The notes under the pieces: generated by a model | What the model was told of the DNA's origin: nothing | Databases searched by the model: none | Seen by the model: the letters and a program-made list of their open reading frames with translations, nothing else | Source of the DNA: Auanema rhodensis | Lineage: Eukaryota > Animalia > Nematoda | Reading direction: 5' to 3' | DNA length: 64,000 nt | Assembly (NCBI GenBank): GCA_964057225.1 | Contig: OZ059900.1 | Span: 3,782,001-3,846,000 of the forward strand | Shown: one piece after another, positions 1 to 14,200 of the stretch | Layout of the letters: every line of letters begins with the position of its first letter | Numbering within the stretch: the stretch's first letter is position 1 | Program-made: the position numbers and the translations under genes

Positions 1-347
1 TTACTACACTAAGTATGGTCGTTTTTATGCCTTTAACACCATATACTCACCGATTTTTGGTACAAAATCTGTAATACTCGTAAATTTTGATCATATTCGT
101 TAAGATTTGAGAATCAAACACACAATACACAAAATCAGTCTATTTTTATGAGTTTGCATCGATATTTATTCATTTTGATCAAAAAAGGTCGAAAATAGAA
201 AGAATTTTTGAATTTTCCGAGTTTTGAGTCCAATTGGGCTAAATCGCTCATATATATGATCAGAAGCATAGTTTTATGGTCTATGACAACAAAAGTCATC
301 AATTAAACGCTAGTGATGTTTAAATACTGATTTTCGCTCAAATAGCA

Positions 348-3300
348 TTACTACACTAAGTATGGTCGTTTTTATGCCTTTAACACCATATACTCACCGA
401 TTTTTGGTACAAAATCTGTAATACTCGTAAATTTTGATCATATTCGTTAAGATTTGAGAATCAAACACACAATACACAAAATCAGTCTATTTTTATGAGT
501 TTGCATCGATATTTATTCATTTTGATCAAAAAAGGTCGAAAATAGAAAGAATTTTTGAATTTTCCGAGTTTTGAGTCCAATTGGGCTAAATCGCTCATAT
601 ATATGATCAAAAACATAGTTTTATTGTCTATAACAACAAAAGTCATCAATTAAACGCTAGTGATGTTTAAATACTGATTTTCGCTCAAATAGCATTACTA
701 CACTAAGTATGGTCGTTTTTATGCCTTTAACACCATATACTCACCGATTTTTGGTACAAAATCTGTGATACTCGTAAATTTTGATCATGTTCGGTGAGAT
801 CCGAGAATCAAACACACAATACACGAAATAAGTTCATTTTTACGAGTTTGCACTGATATTTATTCATTTTGATCAAAAAAGGTCGAAAATAGAAAGAATT
901 TTTGAAATTTCCGAGTTTTGAGTCTAATTTGGCTAAATCGCTCATATATATGATCAGAAGCATAGTTTTATTGTCTATGACAACAAAAGTCATTAATTAA
1001 ACACTAATGATGTTTAAATCACTAAATTTCGCTCAAATAGCATTACTACACTAAGTATGGTCGTTTTTATGCCTTTAACACCATATACTCACCGATTTTT
1101 GGTACAAAATCTGTAATACTCGTAAATTTTGATCATATTCGTTAAGATTTGAGAATCAAACACACAATACACAAAATCAGTCTATTTTTATGAGCTTGCA
1201 CTGATATATATTCATTTTGATCAAAAAAGGTCGAAAATAGAAAGAATTTTTGAAATTTCCGAGTTTTGAGTCTAATTTGGCTAAATCGCTCATATATATG
1301 ATCAGAAGCATAGTTTCATGGTCTATGACAACAAAAGTCATCAATTAAACGCTAGTGATGTTTAAATACTGATTTTCGCTCAAATAGCATTACTACACTA
1401 AGTATGGTCGTTTTTATGCCTTTAACACCATATACTCACCGATTTTTGGTACAAAATCTGTAATACTCGTAAATTTTGATCATATTCGTTAAGATTTGAG
1501 AATCAAACACACAATACACAAAATCAGTCTATTTTTATGAGCTTGCACTGATATATATTCATTTTGATCAAAAAAGGTCGAAAATAGAAAGAATTTTTGA
1601 AATTTCCGAGTTTTGAGTCTAATTTGGCTAAATCGCTCATATATATGATCAGAAGCATAGTTTTATGGTCTATGACAACAAAAGTCATCAATTAAACGCT
1701 AGTGATGTTTAAATACTGATTTTCGCTCAAATAGCATTACTACACTAAGTATGGTCGTTTTTATGCCTTTAACACCATATACTCACCGATTTTTGGTACA
1801 AAATCTGTGATACTCGTAAATTTTGATCATATTCGGTGAGATCCGAGAATCGAACACACAATACACGAAATAAATTCATTTTTACGAGTTTGCACTGATA
1901 TTTATTCATTTTGATCAAAAAAGGTCGAAAATAGAAAGAATTTTTGAAATTCCCGAGTTTTGAGTCTAATTTGGCTAAATCGCTCATATATATGATCAGA
2001 AGCATAGTTTTATTGTCTATGACAACAAAAGTCATTAATTAAACACTAATGATGTTTAAATCACTAAATTTCGCTCAAATAGCATTACTACACTAAGTAT
2101 GGTCGTTTTTATGCCTTTAACACCATATACTCACCGATTTTTGGTACAAAATCTGTAATACTCGTAAATTTTAATCATATTCGTTAAGATTTGAGAATCA
2201 AACACACAATACACAAAATCAGTCTATTTTTATGAGCTTGCACTGATATATATTCATTTTGATCAAAAAAGGTCGAAAATAGAAAGAATTTTTGAATTTT
2301 CCGAGTTTTGAGTCCAATTGGGCTAAATCGCTCATATATATGATCAAAAACATAGTTTTATTGTCTATGACAACAAAAGTCATCAATTAAACGCTAGTGA
2401 TGTTTAAATACTGAATTTCGCTCAAATAGCATTACTACACTAAGTATGGTCGTTTTTATGCCTTTAACACCATATACTCACCGATTTTTGGTACAAAATC
2501 TGTAATACTCGTAAATTTTGATCATATTCGTTAAGATTCGAGAATCAAACATACAATACACAAAATCAGTCTATTTTTATGAGCTTGCACCGATATATAT
2601 TCATTTTGATCAAAAAAGGTCGAAAATAGAAAGAATTTTTGAAATTTCCGAGTTTTGAGTCTAATTTGGCTAAATCGCTCATATATATGATCAAAAGCAT
2701 AGTTTTATTGTCTATGACAACAAAAGTCATCAATTAAACGCTAGTGATGTTTAAATACTGAATTTCGCTCAAATAGCATTACTACACTAAATATGGTCGT
2801 TTTTATGCCTTTAACACCATATACTCACCGATTTTTGGTACAAAATCTGTGATACTCGTAAATTTTGATCAAATTCGGTGAGATCCGAGAATCAAACACA
2901 CAATACACGAAATAAGTTCATTTTTATGAGTTTGCACTGATATTTATTCATTTTGATCAAAAAAGGTCGAAAATAGAAAGAATTTTTGAATTTTCCGAGT
3001 TTTGAGTCTAATTTGGCTAAATCGCTCATTTATATGATCAGAAGCAAAGTTTTATTGTCTATGACAACAAAAGTCATCAATTAAACGCTAGTGATGTTTA
3101 AATACTAATTTTCGCTCAAATAGCATTACTACACTAAGTATGGTCGTTTTTATGCCTTTAACACCATATACTCACCGATTTTTGGTACAAAATCTGTAAT
3201 ACTTGTAAATTTCGATCATATTCGTTAAAATTCGAGAATCAAACACATAATACACGAAATAAGTCTATTTTTATGAGTTTGCACTGATATTTATTCATTT

Positions 3301-6300
3301 TGATCAAAAAAGGTCGAAAATAGAAAGAATTTTTGAATTTTCCGAGTTTTGAGTCCAATTGGGCTAAATCGCTCATATATATGATCAAAAACATAGTTTT
3401 ATTGTCTATAACAACAAAAGTCATCAATTAAACGCTAGTGATGTTTAAATACTGATTTTCGCTCAAATAGCATTACTACACTAAGTATGGTCGTTTTTAT
3501 GCCTTTAACACCATATACTCACCGATTTTTGGTAAAAAATCTGTGATACTCGTAAATTTTGATCATATTCGGTGAGATTCGAGAATCAAACACACAATAC
3601 ACGAAATAAGTTCATTTTTACGAGTTTGCACTGATATTTATTCATTTTGATCAAAAAAGGTCGAAAATAGAAAGAATTTTTGAAATTTCCGAGTTTTGAG
3701 TCTAATTTGGCTAAATCGCTCATATATATGATCAAAAGCATAGTTTTATTGTCTATGACAACAAAAGTCATCAATTAAACGCTAGTGATGTTTAAATACT
3801 GAATTTCGCTCAAATAGCATTACTACACTAAGTATGGTCGTTTTTATGCCTTTAACACCATATACTCACCGATTTTTGGTACAAAATCTGTAATACTCGT
3901 AAATTTTGATCATATTCGTTAAGATTCGAGAATCAAACATACAATACACAAAATCAGTCTATTTTTATGAGCTTGCACCGATATATATTCATTTTGATCA
4001 AAAAAGGTCGAAAATAGAAAGAATTTTTGAAATTTCCGAGTTTTGAGTCTAATTTGGCTAAATCGCTCATTTATATGATCAGAAGCAAAGTTTTATTGTC
4101 TATGACAACAAAAGTCATTAATTAAACACTAATGATGTTTAAATCACTAAATTTCGCTCAAATAGCATTACTACACTAAGTATGGTCGTTTTTATGCCTT
4201 TAACACCATATACTCACCGATTTTTGGTACAAAATCTGTAATACTCGTAAATTTCGATCATATTCGTTAAGATTTGAGAATCAAACACACAATACACAAA
4301 ATCAGTCTATTTTTATGAGCTTGCACTGATATATATTCATTTTGATCAAAAAAGGTCGAAAATAGAAAGAATTTTTGAAATTTCCGAGTTTTGAGTCTAA
4401 TTTGGCTAAATCGCTCATATATATGATCAGAAGCATAGTTTTATGGTCTATGACAACAAAAGTCATCAATTAAACGCTAGTGATGTTTAAATACTGATTT
4501 TCGCTCAAATAGCATTACTACACTAAGTATGGTCGTTTTTATGCCTTTAACACCATATACTCACCGATTTTTGGTACAAAATCTGTAATACTCGTAAATT
4601 TTGATCATATTCGTTAAGATTTGAGAATCAAACACACAATACACAAAATCAGTCTATTTTTATGAGTTTGCATCGATATTCATTCATTTTGATCAAAAAA
4701 GGTCGAAAATAGAAAGAATTTTTGAATTTTCCGAGTTTTGAGTCCAATTGGGCTAAATCGCTCATATATATGATCAAAAACATAGTTTTATTGTCTATAA
4801 CAACAAAAGTCATCAATTAAACGCTAGTGATGTTTAAATACTGATTTTCGCTCAAATAGCATTACTACACTAAGTATGGTCGTTTTTATGCCTTTAACAC
4901 CATATACTCACCGATTTTTGGTACAAAATCTGTGATACTCGTAAATTTTGATCATGTTCGGTGAGATCCGAGAATCAAACACACAATACACGAAATAAGT
5001 TCATTTTTACGAGTTTGCACTGATATTTATTCATTTTGATCAAAAAAGGTCGAAAATAGAAAGAATTTTTGAAATTTCCGAGTTTTGAGTCTAATTTGGC
5101 TAAATCGCTCATATATATGATCAGAAGCATAGTTTTATTGTCTATGACAACAAAAGTCATTAATTAAACACTAATGATGTTTAAATCACTAAATTTCGCT
5201 CAAATAGCATTACTACACTAAGTATGGTCGTTTTTATGCCTTTAACACCATATACTCACCGATTTTTGGTACAAAATCTGTAATACTCGTAAATTTTGAT
5301 CATATTCGTTAAGATTTGAGAATCAAACACACAATACACAAAATCAGTCTATTTTTATGAGCTTGCACTGATATATATTCATTTTGATCAAAAAAGGTCG
5401 AAAATAGAAAGAATTTTTGAAATTTCCGAGTTTTGAGTCTAATTTGGCTAAATCGCTCATATATATGATCAGAAGCATAGTTTCATGGTCTATGACAACA
5501 AAAGTCATCAATTAAACGCTAGTGATGTTTAAATACTGATTTTCGCTCAAATAGCATTACTACACTAAGTATGGTCGTTTTTATGCCTTTAACACCATAT
5601 ACTCACCGATTTTTGGTACAAAATCTGTAATACTCGTAAATTTTGATCATATTCGTTAAGATTTGAGAATCAAACACACAATACACAAAATCAGTCTATT
5701 TTTATGAGCTTGCACTGATATATATTCATTTTGATCAAAAAAGGTCGAAAATAGAAAGAATTTTTGAAATTTCCGAGTTTTGAGTCTAATTTGGCTAAAT
5801 CGCTCATATATATGATCAGAAGCATAGTTTTATGGTCTATGACAACAAAAGTCATCAATTAAACGCTAGTGATGTTTAAATACTGATTTTCGCTCAAATA
5901 GCATTACTACACTAAGTATGGTCGTTTTTATGCCTTTAACACCATATACTCACCGATTTTTGGTACAAAATCTGTGATACTCGTAAATTTTGATCATATT
6001 CGGTGAGATCCGAGAATCAAACACACAATACACGAAATAAATTCATTTTTACGAGTTTGCACTGATATTTATTCATTTTGATCAAAAAAGGTCGAAAATA
6101 GAAAGAATTTTTGAAATTCCCGAGTTTTGAGTCTAATTTGGCTAAATCGCTCATATATATGATCAGAAGCATAGTTTTATTGTCTATGACAACAAAAGTC
6201 ATTAATTAAACACTAATGATGTTTAAATCACTAAATTTCGCTCAAATAGCATTACTACACTAAGTATGGTCGTTTTTATGCCTTTAACACCATATACTCA

Positions 6301-8284
6301 CCGATTTTTGGTACAAAATCTGTAATACTCGTAAATTTTGATCATATTCGTTAAGATTTGAGAATCAAACACACAATACACAAAATCAGTCTATTTTTAT
6401 GAGCTTGCACTGATATATATTCATTTTGATCAAAAAAGGTCGAAAATAGAAAGAATTTTTGAATTTTCCGAGTTTTGAGTCCAATTGGGCTAAATCGCTC
6501 ATATATATGATCAAAAACATAGTTTTATTGTCTATGACAACAAAAGTCATCAATTAAACGCTAGTGATGTTTAAATACTGAATTTCGCTCAAATAGCATT
6601 ACTACACTAAGTATGGTCGTTTTTATGCCTTTAACACCATATACTCACCGATTTTTGGTACAAAATCTGTAATACTCGTAAATTTTGATCATATTCGTTA
6701 AGATTCGAGAATCAAACATACAATACACAAAATCAGTCTATTTTTATGAGCTTGCACCGATATATATTCATTTTGATCAAAAAAGGTCGAAAATAGAAAG
6801 AATTTTTGAAATTTCCGAGTTTTGAGTCTAATTTGGCTAAATCGCTCATATATATGATCAAAAGCATAGTTTTATTGTCTATGACAACAAAAGTCATCAA
6901 TTAAACGCTAGTGATGTTTAAATACTGAATTTCGCTCAAATAGCATTACTACACTAAGTATGGTCGTTTTTATGCCTTTAACACCATATACTCACCGATT
7001 TTTGGTACAAAATCTGTGATACTCGTAAATTTTGATCAAATTCGGTGAGATCCGAGAATCAAACACACAATACACGAAATAAGTTCATTTTTACGAGTTT
7101 GCACTGATATATATTCATTTTGATTAAAAAAGGTCGAAAATAGAAAGAATTTTTGAAATTTCCGAGTTTTGAGTCTAATTTGGCTAAATCGCTCATTTAT
7201 ATGATCAGAAGCAAAGTTTTATTGTCTATGACAACAAAAGTCATCAATTAAACGCTAGTGATGTTTAAATACTAATTTTCGCTCAAATAGCATTACTACA
7301 CTAAGTATGGTCGTTTTTATGCCTTTAACACCATATACTCACCGATTTTAGGTACAAAATCTGTAATACTTGTAAATTTCGATCATATTCGTTAAAATTC
7401 GAGAATCAAACACATAATACACGAAATAAGTCTATTTTTATGAGTTTGCACTGATATTTATTCATTTTGATCAAAAAAGGTCGAAAATAGAAAGAATTTT
7501 TGAATTTTCCGAGTTTTGAGTCCAATTGGGCTAAATCGCTCATATATATGATCAAAAACATAGTTTTATTGTCTATAACAACAAAAGTCATCAATTAAAC
7601 GCTAGTGATGTTTAAATACTGATTTTCGCTCAAATAGCATTACTACACTAAGTATGGTCGTTTTTATGCCTTTAACACCATATACTCACCGATTTTTGGT
7701 AAAAAATCTGTGATACTCGTAAATTTTGATCATATTCGGTGAGATTCGAGAATCAAACACACAATACACGAAATAAGTTCATTTTTACGAGTTTGCACTG
7801 ATATTTATTCATTTTGATCAAAAAAGGTCGAAAATAGAAAGAATTTTTGAAATTTCCGAGTTTTGAGTCTAATTTGGCTAAATCGCTCATATATATGATC
7901 AAAAGCATAGTTTTATTGTCTATGACAACAAAAGTCATCAATTAAACGCTAGTGATGTTTAAATACTGAATTTCGCTCAAATAGCATTACTACACTAAGT
8001 ATGGTCGTTTTTATGCCTTTAACACCATATACTCACCGATTTTTGGTACAAAATCTGTAATACTCGTAAATTTTGATCATATTCGTTAAGATTCGAGAAT
8101 CAAACATACAATACACAAAATCAGTCTATTTTTATGAGCTTGCACCGATATATATTCATTTTGATCAAAAAAGGTCGAAAATAGAAAGAATTTTTGAAAT
8201 TTCCGAGTTTTGAGTCTAATTTGGCTAAATCGCTCATTTATATGATCAGAAGCAAAGTTTTATTGTCTATGACAACAAAAGTCA
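348..8284 (-). repeat. 12-monomer HOR, 4167-bp period, about two copies
   Basis: Rare alleles recur at +4167: TTTCATGG at 1314/5481 and TCCCGAG at 1951/6118. ORF-track coordinates agree: 993/5160, 2035/6202, 3427/7594, 3774/7941. Confidence 0.9.
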
Positions 8285-11200
8285 TCAATTAAACGCTAGT
8301 GATGTTTAAATACTAATTTTCGCTCAAATAGCATTACTACACTAAGTATGGTCGTTTTTATGCCTTTAACACCATATACTCACCGATTTTTGGTACAAAA
8401 TCTGTAATACTTGTAAATTTCGATCATATTCGTTAAGATTCGAGAATCAAACACATAATACACGAAATAAGTCTATTTTTATGAGTTTGCACTGATATTT
8501 ATTCATTTTGATTAAAAAAGGTCGAAAATAGAAAGAATTTTTGAAATTTCCGAGTTTTGAGTCCAATTGGGCTAAATCGCTCATATATATGATCAAAAAC
8601 ATAGTTTTATTGTCTATAACAACAAAAGTCATCAATTAAACGCTAGTGATGTTTAAATACTGATTTTCGCTCAAATAGCATTACTACACTAAGTATGGTC
8701 GTTTTTATGCCTTTAACACCATATACTCACCGATTTTTGGTACAAAATCTGTGATACTCGTAAATTTTGATCATGTTCGGTGAGATCCGAGAATCAAACA
8801 CACAATACACGAAATAAGTTCATTTTTACGAGTTTGCACTGATATTTATTCATTTTGATCAAAAAAGGTCGAAAATAGAAAGAATTTTTGAAATTTCCGA
8901 GTTTTGAGTCTAATTTGGCTAAATCGCTCATATATATGATCAGAAGCATAGTTTTATTGTCTATGACAACAAAAGTCATTAATTAAACACTAATGATGTT
9001 TAAATCACTAAATTTCGCTCAAATAGCATTACTACACTAAGTATGGTCGTTTTTATGCCTTTAACACCATATACTCACCGATTTTTGGTACAAAATCTGT
9101 AATACTCGTAAATTTTGATCATATTCGTTAAGATTTGAGAATCAAACACACAATACACAAAATCAGTCTATTTTTATGAGCTTGCACTGATATATATTCA
9201 TTTTGATCAAAAAAGGTCGAAAATAGAAAGAATTTTTGAAATTTCCGAGTTTTGAGTCTAATTTGGCTAAATCGCTCATATATATGATCAGAAGCATAGT
9301 TTCATGGTCTATGACAACAAAAGTCATCAATTAAACGCTAGTGATGTTTAAATACTGATTTTCGCTCAAATAGCATTACTACACTAAGTATGGTCGTTTT
9401 TATGCCTTTAACACCATATACTCACCGATTTTTGGTACAAAATCTGTAATACTCGTAAATTTTGATCATATTCGTTAAGATTCGAGAATCAAACACACAA
9501 TACACAAAATCAGTCTATTTTTATGAGCTTGCACTGATATTTATTCATTTTGATCAAAAAAGGTCGAAAATAGAAAGAATTTTTGAAATTTCCGAGTTTT
9601 GAGTCTAATTTGGCTAAATCGCTCATATATATGATCAGAAGCATAGTTTTATGGTCTATGACAACAAAAGTCATCAATTAAACGCTAGTGATGTTTAAAT
9701 ACTGATTTTCGCTCAAATAGCATTACTACACTAAGTATGGTCGTTTTTATGCCTTTAACACCATATACTCACCGATTTTTGGTACAAAATCTGTGATACT
9801 CGTAAATTTTGATCATATTCGGTGAGATTCGAGAATCAAACACACAATACACGAAATAAGTTCTTTTTTACGAGTTTGCACTGATATTTATTCATTTTGA
9901 TCAAAAAAGGTCGAAAATAGAAAGAATTTTTGAAATTTCCGAGTTTTGAGTCTAATTTGGCTAAATCGCTCATATATATGATCAAAAGCATAGTTTTATT
10001 GTCTATGACAACAAAAGTCATCAATTAAACGCTAGTGATGTTTAAATACTGAATTTCGCTCAAATAGCATTACTACACTAAGTATGGTCGTTTTTATGTC
10101 TTTAACACCATATACTCACCGATTTTTGGTACAAAATCTATAATACTCGTAAATTTTGATCATATTCGTTAAGATTCGAGAATCAAACATACAATACACA
10201 AAATCAGTCTATTTTTATGAGCTTGCACTGATATATATTCATTTTGATCAAAAAAGGTCGAAAATAGAAAGAATTTTTGAAATTTCCGAGTTTTGAGTCT
10301 AATTTGGCTAAATCGCTCATTTATATGATCAGAAGCAAAGTTTTATTGTCTATGACAACAAAAGTCATCAATTAAACGCTAGTGATGTTTAAATACTAAT
10401 TTTCGCTCAAATAGCATTACTACACTAAGTATGGTCGTTTTTATGCCTTTAACACCATATACTCACCGATTTTTGGTACAGAATCTGTAATACTTGTAAA
10501 TTCCGATCATATTCGTTAAGATTCGAGAATCAAACACATAATACACGAAATAAGTCTATTTTTATGAGTTTGCACTGATATTTATTCATTTTGATCAAAA
10601 AAGGTCGAAAATAGAAAGAATTTTTGAATTTTCCGAGTTTTGAGTCCAATTGGGCTAAATCGCTTATATATATGATCAAAAACATAGTTTTATTGTCTAT
10701 AACAACAAAAGTCATCAATTAAACGCTAGTGATGTTTAAATACTGATTTTCGCTCAAATAGCATTACTACACTAAGTATGGTCGTTTTGATGCCTTTAAC
10801 ACCATATACTCACCGATTTTTGGTACAAAATCTGTGATACTCGTAAATTTTGATCATATTCGGTAAGATTCGAGAATCAAACACACAATACACGAAATAA
10901 ATTTATTTTTACGAATTCGCACTGATATTTATTCATTTTGATCAAAAAAGGTCGAAAAAAGAAAGAATTTTTGAAATTTCCGAGTTTTGAGTCTAATTTG
11001 GCTAAATCGCTCATATATATGATCAAAAGCATAGTTTTATTGTCTATGACAACAAAAGTCATCAATTAAACGCTAGTGATGTTTAAATACTGAATTTCGC
11101 TCAAATAGCATTACTACACTAAGTATGGTCGTTTTTATGCCTTTAACACCATATACTCACCGATTTTTGGTACAAAATCTATAATACTCGTAAATTTTGA

Positions 11201-14200
11201 TCATATTCGTTAAGATTCGAGAATCAAACATACAATACACAAAATCAGTCTATTTTTATGAGCTTGCACTGATATATATTCATTTTGATCAAAAAAGGTC
11301 GAAAATAGAAAGAATTTTTGAAATTTCCGAGTTTTGAGTCTAATTTGGCTAAATCGCTCATTTATATGATCAGAAGCAAAGTTTTATTGTCTATGACAAC
11401 AAAAGTCATCAATTAAACGCTAGTGATGTTTAAATACTAATTTTCGCTCAAATAGCATTACTACACTAAGTATGGTCGTTTTTATGCCTTTAACACCATA
11501 TACTCACCGATTTTTGGTACAGAATCTGTAATACTTGTAAATTCCGATCATATTCGTTAAGATTCGAGAATCAAACACATAATACACGAAATAAGTCTAT
11601 TTTTATGAGTTTGCACTGATATTTATTCATTTTGATCAAAAAAGGTCGAAAATAGAAAGAATTTTTGAATTTTCCGAGTTTTGAGTCCAATTGGGCTAAA
11701 TCGCTTATATATATGATCAAAAACATAGTTTTATTGTCTATAACAACAAAAGTCATCAATTAAACGCTAGTGATGTTTAAATACTGATTTTCGCTCAAAT
11801 AGCATTACTACACTAAGTATGGTCGTTTTGATGCCTTTAACACCATATACTCACCGATTTTTGGTACAAAATCTGTGATACTCGTAAATTTTGATCATAT
11901 TCGGTAAGATTCGAGAATCAAACACACAATACACGAAATAAATTTATTTTTACGAATTCGCACTGATATTTATTCATTTTGATCAAAAAAGGTCGAAAAA
12001 AGAAAGAATTTTTGAAATTTCCGAGTTTTGAGTCTAATTTGGCTAAATCGCTCATATATATGATCAAAAGCATAGTTTTATTGTCTATGACAACAAAAGT
12101 CATCAATTAAACGCTAGTGATGTTTAAATACTGAATTTCGCTCAAATAGCATTACTACACTAAGTATGGTCGTTTTTATGCCTTTAACACCATATACTCA
12201 CCGATTTTTGGTACAAAATCTGTAATACTCGTAAATTTTGATCATATTCGTTAAGATTTGAGAATCAAACATACAATACACAAAATCAGTCTATTTTTAT
12301 GAGCTTGCACTGATATATATTCATTTTGATTAAAAAAGGTCGAAAATAGAAAGAATTTTTGAAATTTCCGAGTTTTGAGTCTAATTTGGCTAAATCGCTC
12401 ATATATATGATCAAAAGCATAGTTTTATTGTCTATGACAACAAAAGTCATTATTTAAACACTAATGATGTTAAAATCACTGAATTTCACTCAAATAGCAT
12501 TACTACACTAAGTATGGTCGTTTTTATGCCTTTAACACCATATACTCACCGATTTTTGGTAAAAAATCTGTGATACTCGTAAATTTTGATCATATTCGGT
12601 GAGATTCGAGAATCAAACACACAATACACGAAATAAGTTCATTTTTACGAGTTTGCACTGATATTTATTCATTTTGATCAAAAAAGGTCGAAAATAGAAA
12701 GAATTTTTGAAATTTCCGAGTTTTGAGTCTAATTTGGCTAAATCGCTCATATATATGATCAAAAGCATAGTTTTATTGTCTATGACAACAAAAGTTATCA
12801 ATTAAACGCTAGTGATGTTTAAATACTGAATTTCGCTCAAATAGCATTACTACACTAAGTATGGTCGTTTTTATGCCTTTAACACCATATACTCACCGAT
12901 TTTTGGTACAAAATCTGTAATACTCGTAAATTTTGATCATATTCGTTAAGATTCGAGAATCAAACATACAATACACAAAATCAGTCTATTTTTATGAGCT
13001 TGCACCGATATATATTCATTTTGATCAAAAAAGGTCGAAAATAGAAAGAATTTTTGAAATTTCCGAGTTTTGAGTCTAATTTGGCTAAATCGCTCATTTA
13101 TATGATCAGAAGCAAAGTTTTATTGTCTATGACAACAAAAGTCATTAATTAAACACTAATGATGTTTAAATCACTAAATTTCGCTCAAATAGCATTACTA
13201 CACTAAGTATGGTCGTTTTTATGCCTTTAACACCATATACTCACCGATTTTTGGTACAAAATCTGTAATACTCGTAAATTTCGATCATATTCGTTAAGAT
13301 TTGAGAATCAAACACACAATACACAAAATCAGTCTATTTTTATGAGCTTGCACTGATATATATTCATTTTGATCAAAAAAGGTCGAAAATAGAAAGAATT
13401 TTTGAAATTTCCGAGTTTTGAGTCTAATTTGGCTAAATCGCTCATATATATGATCAGAAGCATAGTTTTATGGTCTATGACAACAAAAGTCATCAATTAA
13501 ACGCTAGTGATGTTTAAATACTGATTTTCGCTCAAATAGCATTACTACACTAAGTATGGTCGTTTTTATGCCTTTAACACCATATACTCACCGATTTTTG
13601 GTACAAAATCTGTAATACTCGTAAATTTTGATCATATTCGTTAAGATTTGAGAATCAAACACACAATACACAAAATCAGTCTATTTTTATGAGTTTGCAT
13701 CGATATTTATTCATTTTGATCAAAAAAGGTCGAAAATAGAAAGAATTTTTGAATTTTCCGAGTTTTGAGTCCAATTGGGCTAAATCGCTCATATATATGA
13801 TCAAAAACATAGTTTTATTGTCTATAACAACAAAAGTCATCAATTAAACGCTAGTGATGTTTAAATACTGATTTTCGCTCAAATAGCATTACTACACTAA
13901 GTATGGTCGTTTTTATGCCTTTAACACCATATACTCACCGATTTTTGGTACAAAATCTGTGATACTCGTAAATTTTGATCATGTTCGGTGAGATCCGAGA
14001 ATCAAACACACAATACACGAAATAAGTTCATTTTTACGAGTTTGCACTGATATTTATTCATTTTGATCAAAAAAGGTCGAAAATAGAAAGAATTTTTGAA
14101 ATTTCCGAGTTTTGAGTCTAATTTGGCTAAATCGCTCATATATATGATCAGAAGCATAGTTTTATTGTCTATGACAACAAAAGTCATTAATTAAACACTA

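Noticed and set aside
1-347. CENP-B box (TTCG-N4-A-N2-CGGG) or telomeric repeats
   Set aside because: The TTCG sites inspected (TTCGCTCAAATAGCA, TTCGTTAAGATT, TTCGGTGAGATCC, TTCGACCTTTT) do not complete the motif, and no TTAGG, TTAGGG or TTTAGGG tandem runs were seen.
1-347. Assignment to a named satellite family or species by monomer length
   Set aside because: Satellites of ~340-360 bp occur in unrelated plants and insects, and I do not recognise the sequence. A BLASTN or satellite-database search is required.
1800-1890. Approximate mirror-position left monomer as donor of the 42.1-kb tract
   Set aside because: It is of the TCGGTGAG class but differs at several sites (ATCCGAG, CGAACAC, AAATTCAT), and roughly a third of left monomers belong to this class, so the coincidence is uninformative.
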